Below are positions 26,001-39,300 of a stretch of DNA of 64,000 nt, piece after piece (the stretch's first letter is position 1; every line of letters starts with the position of its first letter). This DNA comes from Octopus bimaculoides. Taxonomy: Eukaryota. The position numbers were made by a program, and so were the translations under genes. The stretch spans positions 67,383,408 through 67,447,407 of the forward strand of contig NC_068989.1 of assembly GCF_001194135.2 (NCBI RefSeq), given 5' to 3'. Under the pieces are notes generated by a model. That model had not been told where the DNA came from and did no database searches. It saw nothing but the letters and a program-made list of their open reading frames with translations.

Positions 26001-29000
26001 TCTGGTTGGTTTGAATGTAAAAAAAATAAGAGTATTTGGGTTGGATACGGCTGGTTTAAATGCTAAAGGGTTAATTGTGTATTATCTCATAGCTGTGAGA
26101 TTGTGATGATGTGACTGTTTATTTATTTAGAGAGACATTGTAGGATAGGCGTGAGTGGCCAGATATGGCCAGTTCAAATGCTAAAGGGTTAAAGCAACAA
26201 ACTAGCAGAATCGTTAATACATTGGACAAAATGCTTTGTAGTATTTCTTTCAATTCTTTAAGTTCTGAATGCAAATCTTGTTGAGGTTGACTTTACTTTT
26301 CATCCTTTCGGTGTTGCTAAAATAAAGTACCAGTTGAGTATAGGAGTCAAATTGCTGGTCTTGTGTCAGAATTTGAAACACCAGTTAGGAGCTAAGCTGG
26401 CAGAATCATCTGAGCACTGGGAGAAATGTTTGCAGTGTTTCTTTCAGTTACTTTCATACTTCGTTCAAATCCTACTGAGGTTAGCTTTGTCTTTCATCCA
26501 TTTGGAGTTGATAAAATAAAGTACCAGCGGAGTACTGGGTTGAGGGTCTCTACTAAGTCCCTCTCCTCAAAACTGCTGGCTTTGCACCAAAGTTTGAGAC
26601 CATTATTATAATTTCTATTATTAATGGGAATAGTTCATCGACAGTGTTGAGACACACCAGCACCCATGCCGGTGACATGCTAAAGGCACCCATACTGGTG
26701 ACACATGAAAGGTACCTGTGCTGGTGACACAGAAAAGGCACTTGTGCTGGTAACATGCAAAACCATCTGTGCCAGTAACACACAAAAAGCACCTGTGCTG
26801 GTGACCTGCAAAAGGCACTTGTGCCACTGACATGCAAAAGGCATCCATGCTGGTGACATACAAAAAGTTCTTGTGCTGGCAACATGCAAGAGGTGTCTGT
26901 GCCAGTGACTCACAAAATGCACTGTGTGTGTTTTTGTATTTCTCCTCTTTAGTTGTATTTGCTATTGTAAACAATGGTGTCATTGTTCATGTGAACTGTG
27001 TCATTTGCTTGCAGTCCACTACAAATGCATACCCAGGCTTCTTGAGATGTTTTGACTTATGCATTCTTTGCAAACAAAAAAGGCTTTGTCAGAGGATGTT
27101 GTTTATTTCCAGTTCTCTGTGTAACAATTTTGGGCTGTTATTTGATAGATTGGGAGATTATTATTTTGTTTGAAAGAGATGTTGACATCAGGAAGGGCAT
27201 TCAATTGTAAAAAGTTCTTCCCCAGTGTACTCTTGTCTGATCTATGAAAGCTTGGGAAAGATGTTAAAATGATGATGTTGATGATGACTTAATAAATTTG
27301 ATATAGTAGGTCTTAGTATAAAATTCAAAATTAAAGGCTAGAATCATTGTAGTTTTTTAATTTTAATTTTTATTTTTTTTATAAATACTCTTCCTTCCAA
27401 GAGATGACATTATTCTTCTTTTATAAATGTGATTTTAAATGAAGTTAAATTTAATATCTATTTTCAGTTAATGGGAGAAGAACCAGATCTCGATCCTGAT
27501 ATTACTCGAGATTTTTTTGAGAAAAATATCCTCTTGTTAGATCCTGCTCTTCTTACAGAAAATGGAATGAAGTAAGTTGTATTATTTTTTTTGAAACTTA
27601 TACATATTCTGTTTCTAATTGTCATATTAATTGTGGAAGTATTTAATAATTTGTACATGGTTGTAAAGGTTTTAATCTTGGTGTTGTTTCCATTCTAAAT
27701 ACTTAAAATTAGCATGTATTGTTTTATATACATGGTTAAGATTCTTGCTTCCCAACCAAATTCAGGCCCACTGTGCAGCACCTTGGGCAAATATCTTCTA
27801 TTATAGCCCCAGGACAACCAAAACCTTGTGAGTGGAAACTGAAAGAAGTCTGTTGTGTGTATGTGATAACGTTTGTGTGAGTGGACATGGCCCTTTGTCT
27901 CGACATCATATAATGCTTGTATGATTGTAAATGAGTGTCACAGACATGCAAGTTGTGTTATTTGTTTCCAGTTTTCTATGACAAACCTATCTGGCCTTAG
28001 TGAAAATACCACCTTGCTAGGAAATGAATGTTGGTGACAGAAAGGGCATCCATCTGTTGAAAATTTGTCTCAATGGATTCCATCCGACCTATGCAAGCAA
28101 CAAAAAGTGGGCATTAAAAGACGATGATGATGACGATGACTTTGGAATAAATTACATTATTTCTAGCTTGATTAGTTAATAATAGACAGATCTTATTTGT
28201 TATGAACTTTTAACTGGTTCATCTGTTAGCTGTCTTCCAGAAATACACATATCTTCTTCTGTTATATATCTTTTGAGAACTTGAAAGATGTATTCACTCT
28301 TAATATTAACTCTTCTTACCATATTTCTGTTGAAATACAGTGCTGTTATTTCAGTTAATTTTGAAAGTAAAGAATTTAAGAAGGTAACTGTCATTATGAA
28401 GCTAGAGATTGAAATATAAACTAACATTTCAATTTTGATGGAAATTTGTAATTTAAATCACTGTAAAACACGAAATTTGTATTAGAGAACCAAGATGGTC
28501 TCAGGTTGGTACCTAAAAGGTTAAATTTTAGAAATACTAGTTTACACTGTGGTCTTACATGTCTTTGTATATTTGATAGTGCAAAAGGTCTGATTCTAAA
28601 TGTAAAGTTGTGATATGTTGAAATTATTTCCAGTTATCTATTGAAAGAAGTAAAATGTATAAAAAGCACAATTCATACTTTGTTCTTTTTTTTATTAAAA
28701 CTACTTATTAATTAAGCATTTACATCTAGAAGGAAAAAGAAAGTTTGATCACAACATTAATTTCTTTGTGTTGACAATACAAATCATTATCATTATCATT
28801 TAACATGGACCTTATCAGACAGGGTCTGATAAGCTTGAAGACTGCATCGAGCTCCGTCTACTTTGACATGGTTTCTAGCTGGATACACTTCCTGATGCCA
28901 ACCACTTTCCAGAGTGGGTGCTGTTTTTCTGGCTCTGGCATGAGTAATGTCACCTGCAAGACAAAAAAAAAATCTCCTTTGATTGAGTGTGAGTGTAGTA

Positions 29001-32000
29001 GAGGAAACTTCATGACAGGTGTTGAAAGGCTAAAGCAGGCTTGTGCAACCTTTTTTGAGGAGTGGGCCGCTTGAGACATGGCTCATCATCAGGTGGGCAG
29101 CACTACTAAAAAAAATTTAGAAAATGAAATTGAAGATAATTTTTTTTGTTAGGCATGCTATTCAGAAAGTTCTGTGGTTGTAGGTTGCCCATGGCAGGGG
29201 GTTAGGAAGGAGTGTGTTGTTGTAGAGGAAAGAAATTCCTTGGTATCCTGTAACTATGTTACTGAAATTAATAAAATTTATTATCTTTTAAATAAATATG
29301 AAATTGTTTTGTTGGCTAACTTTTTTTTTTTTTTTTGAAAGACAACTGGACAGTAATTATTTTTTTTTGTTTTGTTTTGTTTAGTTGTTATGAGAGATTC
29401 TTTAAGCATGTCAATTTGAAAGAGAACAAACTTGTAGTCAAACGAAGAGGAGGTCATATGATGAATGATCTAGAACTGATTGGTTTAGAATATTTATGGA
29501 GGGTATGTATATAATGCTGTTATAATTCTAAGAGATTAAATTATCTTAAATGCATTTTAAAATATGCAAAAGTTTCTTTTAAAAATTATTTTAATGAAAT
29601 AGTGATACACAATTTAATGAAATAATTATCTTTTAAAGATCACATTTAAAAAGACAGTTTTAATTATATTGTTATGTACTGTTTTCCATGGTTTATTTCT
29701 GTAAAATTAATTTATGGTAAAACTATTGATAAGTTTCTTAAACACTATTAATGTGACGGAAAAAATTTAAAGATTATTATTGTTTACCTTTATATTTTTT
29801 AATTTAGGATATGTTTTGATTTTTAAGAATCAGTATTTTTAATATTTACATATTTTCTTCTATATTCAGGTAATCTTAAACAGTCCAGAAAGTGTTGCTG
29901 AGAAACCAGTTGCTCTCTTAAAGGAAATATTTACTAACCTTGGTCCTCAATTACAACAGAACCATGTAGATATTCATGAAGACTTCATTCAGACTTGTAT
30001 AGACCGTCTGAAACCATCTTATGACATTGTTCGTGTGTTAGAGGATGACAAAGAGAGTAAGAATAGAGTTATGCAAGAAGCAATGCGTATGGTTCGTGTT
30101 CTCACTGTACTCAAGGAGTATGTTGCTGAATGTGATGAAGCCTATGGGGAAGAAAGATCAATATTACCTCTGGGAAGGTAGGTTTTATTTTTATGTCTTT
30201 CTCATTCTATCTGTTTGGTTGGTCAGTTGGAGTGCTATGTTATAAGACAGTTCTTGGATTTTTCCAGATCTCTTCCTTTTGAACAGCAGATTGAGAAATT
30301 AATTTTTTGTAACTAAACACTTTCAAAGTTCGGACACTGATAGAATGTGTCATATAAAACATCTTTTACTCTTAGTGTTGTTGAGAAAAGTTTCTACTTT
30401 CAAAGTTATTTCATTTGTCGTATTTCAGTAATTTCAACCAATCGATGATGTATTCAGCTGAATAAAATTACTGGTGTTGTTTGTCAACAACAACTATCAT
30501 TTGTGTATTTCGTTTGTTACTGTTATTTATGACATCATTTGTGCGTTTGTACTGGTTTTAGCTTTAGGGTTTTAGGGTTAGGGTTGGGGTTTTAGAGTTA
30601 GAGTTACAGAAAAAAGTGAAAAATGAAGAAATTGGAGGGGGAGTGGGGGGGTGGCGAAAAAGTCTTTCTGAAAATAGTAGCTGAAAAACAGGAAAAAAAA
30701 AAAAGCAGTAGAAATGCACGAACGATTATGTTGGTGCCATGAAGTAAACATGCTTCAGATACACTCGTTTATTCATACAAACGTAACTGAGAGGAAATAT
30801 GTCATAAATAACGGTGACAAACGAAATATACACTGCCGGAAGTTGTTGTTGACAAACTGCGGCAGTAATTTTATTCAGCTGAATGCACGTCATTGATCGG
30901 TTGAAATTACCAAAATACAACAACTTTAACACAAAATAACTTTGGAAATAGAAACTTTTCTCAACAACACTAAGAGTAAAAGATGTTTTATATGACACAT
31001 TCTACCAGTGTCCGAATTTTGAAAGTGTTTAGTTACAAAAAATTAATTTCTCCATCTGCCGTTCAAAGGGAAAAGATCCAACTTTTCTAGATGAATGTTG
31101 ATAATAAGATAGGCTAATCTCTGCAGATTAGAGTTAAAGGCTTTTTTTTTTTCATCCTTCTGTAATTGATAAAATCTGTTCTTCATTAAATGGTGGGTTT
31201 TGATATTTTTATAATGGATTTTTATGACAGAATAAAAGTACAGGTATGGTTGTGTGGTTAAGAAGCTTGCTTCCCAGCCATATAATTTTAGGTTCAGTCT
31301 CAATACATGGCACCTTGGGCAAGTGTCTTTTATTATAGCCCTGAGCCAGCTAAAATCTTGTGAATGAATTTTTTAGACAGAAACTGAAAGAAGCCTGTCT
31401 AGTGTTTTTGTGTGTTTTTATATATATATGTGTATATATATGTGTGTATGTGTGTACTCTTGATATCACATAATAGTTGTAAGTGTATGTCACCACCATA
31501 CAAGCATTGTTTGTTTTTCGTCTTCTGAACAACATGTCTGACTGTTGGGAAATATTACCCTGCTTGGAAACAGGTGAGGGTTGGTGACAAGATGGGCATC
31601 CAGCTGTAGAAAATCTGCCTCAGTGAATTCTGTTTGACCCATGGAAGCATGGAAAAGTGGCCATTAAAAGGATGGTGATGATGAAACTGTATTCACTGTT
31701 GAAATAGAGATGACTTGCAACGACCTCAGAAAGGCAATTTTCAAATTTATATCATATTATTCTTTCTTTTTACTTACGTGTTTCAGTCATTTGACTGCAG
31801 CCATGCTGGAGCATCGCTTTTAGTCAAGCAAATTGACCCCAGGACTTATTCTTTGTAAGCCTTGTACTTATTTTATCGGTCCCTTTTGCCGATCTGCTAA
31901 GTTACGTAAACACATCAGCATCGGTTGTCAAACGATATTGGGGGGACAAACACACACATGTACATATATATATATATATATATATTCGACAGGCTTCTTT

Positions 32001-35000
32001 CAGTTTCTATCTACCAAAATCTCTGAAAAGGCTTTGATCAGCCTGATGCTATAGTAGTAGACACTTGCCCAAGGTGCCATGCAGTGGGACTGAACCCGAA
32101 ACCATGTGGTTGGTAAGCAAGCTACCTACCACACAGCCACTCTTACGCCTATATTCAAATTTATATCATATTCATCATTGTGATCATCATTTTATCATTC
32201 ATTTTACAATGCCTACATTAATGGTGTCTCCCATTCTTTCATTCTGGCTCCATGTATTTTGTAGCCTCTCAAGTCTTCTTTGATAAACTTTTGTAATGGA
32301 TATCTTTCATTCAATGTGATTTGCTTGGAAACAGGTGAGGGTTGGCAACAAGTAGGACATTGGCTACAGAAAATTTGCCTCAACATATTCCAGTAAGAAT
32401 GGAAAAGTGGATGTTAAAATGATGACAATGCTATGTATTTTATTATTGTATTAATATTGTAATTATTTTTGCTTTTGCAGAGCTTGTCGAGGACGCCTAG
32501 TGACATTATCTGTGAGATTTCCTAACCAAGGGAGGCATATAGAAGATCTTGACATCTGGTCCCATACCAATGACACTTTAGGTTCTGTGAGACGACAGAT
32601 TTTAAACAGAGTGAAAGTTAGCAGTAGTAGCATTAAAGTTGACATGTATGTTAATGGAGAGCTTCTAGATCCTAGTGAAGATAAAAAATTGATATCACAA
32701 ATTCCTCTTCGAGATAGAACTGTAAGTGGTAATCTCCTTCAAATGTTATATCTTCTTTTATGTAATTTCATTTCATGACTCTGTAATCAAAAGACATCTC
32801 ATAGAAAAAAGAAAAAAATGTACAGTAGTATTTTTTTTTTTTTGTTATTGATATTTTATCTTTGAATTTAAGGTGACGTGCTGACAAAATCGTTAGCATG
32901 CCAGGCAAAATGCTTAATATCATTTTGTTCATCTTTATGTTCTGAGTTCAAATTCCATTGAGGTTGACTTCGCCTTTCATCCTTTTGGGGTTGATAAAAT
33001 AAGTATCAGTTGAACACTGGAGTTGATGTAATCGACTCCCTTCCCCAAATTGTTGACCTTGTGCCAAAATTGGAAACTTTAAATAGAAAGTATGAAAAGA
33101 GCAACATTTTGTGTAGAAAATGTTTTCTCGGTTGAAATGAAACAATGTATGTATATTTATGCCTGTGTATGTGTGTGTGTATATGTATTTCTGTGTATAT
33201 CTCTGTGTTTATTGTGAAGATCAGTTTGACTGGGTTTTCACCAACTTGACTCCATTATCAGTGTAGAATCACACCAATTGTAAATATCAAATTGTTTAGA
33301 TATCATTACTATTGTATGTTTACTGAGCTGCAGAATTTCTTTTACATTTATCAGTAATACAAAAAAAATTTTTTTGGTTCTTATTAACATGTAAAGAAAC
33401 ATTTTTTCCAACAAGAAACCTTCTCTTTTTCAGGCCGTCTCGGCTAAATTGGTACAAGTTGGAAGTAATATGCCTTCCAGCCCAGACAGTAGTTCTGATA
33501 GCTCTGGAGGTTCTCCTCATAATACTTATGATGGACCTAACATAGAAGCTGAAAGCTGTCTGCCTGGTGTGGTAAGTACATTATTGACTTGATATTTGTT
33601 ACGTTTACATAAATTGTGTATGATTTATGAAAGAATTGCTAGACAAAATTCTTCAAACTAAGCCAACCAACAGAAGACCTAGGAGTAGACCTAGAACAAG
33701 ATGATTGGATAATAACCATAGTCTCTGTTGGTCATGCTTGAGAATCCAAATGGAAAGTCTAATGATGGGACCCTATGGCAGGGTTGCTTTCCAGGTGGAG
33801 AAAATGGAGATCTAGATGAATTTTGAATTATTTGAAGATATAAAAAATTAGATGAATGTATGAACTTTGAAAATTGAAAATGTCTTTAATCTGTATAATA
33901 TTAGTAAGTTTATTAAAAATTTTGTTTTTGATAATAATAACCTTAATTGTAGTATTTTGTATGATTACCAATGTACTTGTTTCTTAGTCTTCAGTTTTAT
34001 GTCTGTTTTGTCCATGTTGGCATGGATTGGACAGCTGTGTTCCTTCATAACATCTCATTACTTGCTGCGGTCTCTTGTCATCATTTTCATGAGACTTAGC
34101 ATCTTGAGATATGCAAATAATGTAGTTACTTCATTTGAAGAAGTGAGAGAGTAGCTTCAGTGATGAATGATGGGGGAAGAAACAGAGGCTTACTGAGAGA
34201 CGTAGTGATAGTGTAGCTTAAGTGGTAAATGATGGGGAATGAGATGTAGAGGCTTAAAGAGTGGAGAATGATGAGTGAAGTAGTGATAAAGCGGGTTATG
34301 TTGTGAATAATGTAGAGTGAAATAAAGAGTGAAGTAGTTATACAGGGGAGCTTAAGTGATGAATGATGAAGAGTGAGATGTAGCATTCAGATTACGCTGT
34401 TAAATCGTTCATCGTTTAAAGTCCGCTTTCCATGCTAGCATGGGTTGGACGATTTGACTGAGGACTGGCAAGCCAGCAGGCTGCACCAGGCTCCAATCTG
34501 ATCTGGCAGAGTTTCTACAGCTGGATGCCCTTCCTAACGCCAACCACTCCGAGAGTGTAGTGGGTGCCTTTATGTGCCACCGGCACAAGGGCCAGTCACA
34601 TGGTACTGGCAACGACCACGCTCAAAAAGGTATTTTTTATGTGCCACCTGCACGGGAGCCAGTCCAGCAGCACTGGCAATGACCTCGCTCGAATGATTTT
34701 CTAACATGCCACCAGCACAAGTGCTAGAAGGCGACGCTGGTACTATTTATTTATTCACTTTATTTTGAATTAATCATGCATAATCTTGTAGCTTCAAGAT
34801 TTTGATAGTATGGTTGTTTACTGTTACAATGACATCGTAGAGAAGGGTATGAGAAGCCAGATCCGGCTAGTTTTGAGCATGAAACAAGTAGAATATTTGG
34901 TTCAGATATTGTCAGTTGAAATGCTAAAGAATTAAAAAGTGAAGTATTTGTTATAGAGTAATTTAAGTGGTGAATGATGAGGAGTAAGATGTAGAGCTTT

Positions 35001-36304
35001 GAGAAATTTAACAGTTTGTTAGAAATGTGGCACATGCAAATCTCAAAAGATATGTTTTTGGCAGCAGTGTGATGGTGCTAATATTATTTTTAGTGTAAAT
35101 ATGAGAATAATCTTCATATTAAAATTACCAATCAGTTTAACTCTGTTCTATTTTTGCTGAATGTTTCTCCTCTTATCTTTTTCTAGCTTATGGCTCAAGT
35201 GAATCGCTACACAGGATTTCTTTTCCAACTGTCGGACTTAGGTTGTCATCTTCAGTTACCAAAATTAAGAGACACAGCTAGAGCTCTTTTAAAAATTATG
35301 TCAGCTGGTATGATATTATTATTTGTATGTGTATATATTTTGAACTTTGCATATAAATTTGAAAAGGAACTACTATTTAGGAATGCATCATGCATCTTTC
35401 AAGTTGCTGCAAGTTTTTAAATTCATTGATGCTACACTGCGGGAAATAATAATAATAATGATGGACTCTTCTGTCGAAGACAACATATGAGTGTTCAGCT
35501 TTTTGCCAAACGACTTGCATAAATAATTTGTTTATCGTGCCGCATATTAACTCATTCCCTCCATCAAATAGATGCCTGAACAGGTGCATGGTGTACCATG
35601 CGTCAAGTATTGAAGTGATTGCAGAGCAATGTAAGATGATGTGTTTTGCTCCAGAACACAATACATCACCCGGTCTAGGAATTGAAATCATGATTGCCAG
35701 ATTGTGAATGTAACAGTCTAACCACTAAACCATGTGCCCTCATGCAACACCCTAACCACTAAGCCATACTGGAAATAATAATAATAATAATAAAGATGGT
35801 ATAAACACACGCCAGAAAAGGTCACAGAAAACGAGAAAGCAACCATACTCTGGGATATGCCAATACACACAGATAGAGAAATTAAGGCAAATAGACCAGA
35901 TATAGTTGTCAAAGATCATGAAGGAAAAAAATGCCTTCTAATTGATGTTTCAATACCAGCAGATGACAACGTTTCTCTAAAAGAAATGGAAAAACTTTCA
36001 AAATACAAAGACCTGGAAATAGAGATAACTCGAATGTGGAATCTAAAAACAGAAACAATTCCTATCATAGTAGGTGCCTTAGGTATAATAAAAAAATATT
36101 CAGACAAATACATAACAAAAACACCAGGACTTACAAATATATATAACATACAGAAAATTGCACTACTGGGTACTGCACACATTCTACGCAAAACACTTTC
36201 AATACAGTAAACATAAGAGCACCACAGCAAACCACAGCACATACCCAAGGCGCACAGAGCTGCGCTCGGTAGTGAAGTGAAAGTACGTTATAAAAATAAA
36301 ACTA

Positions 36305-36352
<48 letters not shown>

Positions 36353-39300
36353 GCTTATACAGAATTCTGTACCCATCACTAGTGAAGAGTATATATCTCA
36401 ATAAAATATTACATTATCTACTGCTTCCTGATATTATACTCCAGCAGTATTAGACTTGTTTTCATCATCATCATTATTATTTAATGGTCTCTTTTCCATG
36501 AATTTGCTGAGGCAGCTTTTCTGTTGTTGGATGTCTTTCATGTCACCAACCCTCACCTGTTTCCAGTGAGGTAATATTTCTCCATGGCCGAACAGGTTTT
36601 CCACGGAAGTCTGGATACAAACAACATTGTTTGTGTGATGGTTATGCTCATTTACAGCCATCACATGATATCAAAACAATGTTACACACACACACACACA
36701 TATGATGAACTTCTTTCAGTTTCCATTTACTAATACTAATGATAAGGCTTTAGTTAGTCTAGGGCTTAAGTAGAAACCACTTGCTCAAGGTGCCATGCAG
36801 TGTGACTGAACCTGAGCCTACATGGTTAGGGAGTACGCTAAACCACAGCTATACCTGTGCCTGTTACTGATGTTAGTACGTAGTTCAGGTTTAGTTGACT
36901 TTGACAGCCTTTGTAACAGAGTTAATGCCATGTTTAATGTTTTACTGTGTTACCATCATGTTCACTAACTGGTCACTCAGTAGACCTACTTAAGGGTTAA
37001 GATGTTAGTAAAAAGGCATTTGTAACAAACATAGTATAAGCTTTGAGGTGGATACAAATCATTGTTCTGGGACCATAAAAACTTTCTGGGTTTGTGAAAC
37101 CTGGACTAGTGAGGTTCAGCCTGCAGATCCTGAAGTCATAACAGTAATGTATTATTGTCTAGAACTAATATTGTACTACATTTTTATGGATATGCACTCA
37201 CCTTGTATTTTTATTTGTAGATACCCATACAATGGAGAAATTCCGCAGTATATGTATGGAACATGCCAGAGCTGAAAGTGGTATTTCAGCTGCCCTTGAG
37301 AGCATGTTTTTTATTGGCTCCTCAACTCAAGTTCTCTACAATGTAGAGGTATGTAGAAATAAAATTTGGGCTTTTATTTTTCATTAATTTTTCCAAATCT
37401 TTATTTTCTTTTTCTTTCATATTCATTTACTAATTTTTTTTTTTTTAAATACTTGTTTGTACATATTTATGTAATTACAGTATATTATGTTATTTTTTTT
37501 TTTAGGTGGTTTACAGTCTGCTGATGCCAGCAGGTGCTCCAATTTCTGATGATGCTTTTGAATTTCAGGTATTGTCTTCTATTATATCACTGCTTCAATA
37601 CTATTAATAAGCATTTAAATTTTTCACTCTATATTGTATGTTACATACAACTCATTAAAAAAAAAAACACTCCCATTCTTGATTAATATTTCAACAGCCA
37701 ACACATAATGTGCATGGGTTCAAACTATTCTGGTAATTAATTAAAAAAACAAATGGTAAAACTTTATATGGAGATGCTATTACCCCCTGCCTAACTTTAC
37801 TAGCTGCCATGTGCAGCAGAAAGACCTATGGGAGATTATTCTGCTGACTGTATTTGAAACAAGACAGAGCTCATTTTTAACATCGAGCATTCAAAAGTCT
37901 CTCTATCTGTGTAATGGGTGCAAGTATGGCTGTGTCATTATGATGCTTGCTTCATGACTGCATGTTTTTGGGTTCAATCCCACTACATGGCATCATAGGT
38001 AAGCATCTTCTACATTAGCCTCAGGTCAACCAAAGTGTTGTAAGTAAAATATGGCAGATGGAAACTTTGTGGAAGCCCTTTGGAGGAAATATCTGTTCTT
38101 GGTGAAAGATAGAATCTGTTACTCAGTTTAAAGCCATCACCTGGCCCTTGGGTGTCTGTAGCAGTGCCCCCTGTTGTAAACATCTGGGCTAGGTTTCCAG
38201 TTTGAAGATAACTTGCTCCCTTCCTCCTACCACTCTCAGAAGAGTGCTGCTCTTCCTTCTTTGACCAGCCATTAAAATAATTATATGGGTATATACTCCT
38301 ATTTTATAACTGTTTTATTATATTGCAGTTTTGGTTAACCTTTCTATGATTATTGGTGACTAGACATTAAATGAATTTAAAGTTTATTTAATGTTGTGTA
38401 TGTTATTCATATTTTAAAAATATAATTAGCTATTAAAATTAAGTGTCCATTTTTATTTTAAATCTCTTGAAATGGTTTCCGAATTTAGAATATTAATTTT
38501 CTTCATTATAATTATCAAGAACTGATTAGCAGTTTTTTTTTTTTTTTTTTTTCAACATTGCTTTGATTACACCTATCAGCAAATTCATACTTCTAGTAGG
38601 AATAATTAGAGAATATGTATCAATAAACAAACATAATGATTTTATATACAGTTAAATATGTCACATAACAGTTAAGGTATTTCTAAAATCATGTGGTAAA
38701 ATTCTTTAATGTTCTAATGGAAAGCAATTATCAGTCCTTCCTTGTCCTTTTTGTTTATTTTTATTCTATTTATCATCACTAAAAGGACAAATAGTGGTAT
38801 ACTAGTGCTTATTTTTTTCTATTTACTTTAACCCTTTAGCAATTAAACTGACCATATCTGGCCTAAATATTCTACCTGTTTTATGTTCAAATCAACCAGA
38901 TCCAGTTTCTCACACCTACTAAACAATGTCATTCTTAAAATATACAACCACATCATTGAAATAATGAAGCAACAAGATTATGCATGATTAATTCAAAACA
39001 ATGTGTATAAATATGCATTACATTTGACAGAGTAATCTGATTATTAAAGGGTTAAATATACTGGTGTCTTGTTGAATGAAATTAGTACAGTGATGTTTGA
39101 ATTTTAGGTTAATATTTGAATTTTGTGATTGTTGGTTTTTGTTTCCTCATTCTTAAAAAGATTTCTTCTTTCTCTTTCCAGTATAATTTTGTACGTAGTG
39201 GTGGTGTACAATTATCTTTAAATATGTTAATGAAAAATAATTTCTTGCCAAATGCTGATCTCCCTACTAGAAGGTAAGTTAGCTTATTGAATTGCTAATA

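Noticed and set aside
29870-29876. AG|GTAAT recursive-splice-like motif at the exon 14 start (also AG|GTAG at exon 34)
   Set aside because: Explained by a conserved Val codon after the acceptor; the introns are short; no evidence of use.
35857-36210. Independent host gene or extra USP9X exon
   Set aside because: No splice signals or promoter; USP9X exons 17 and 18 join in frame without it; motifs are retrotransposon RLE.
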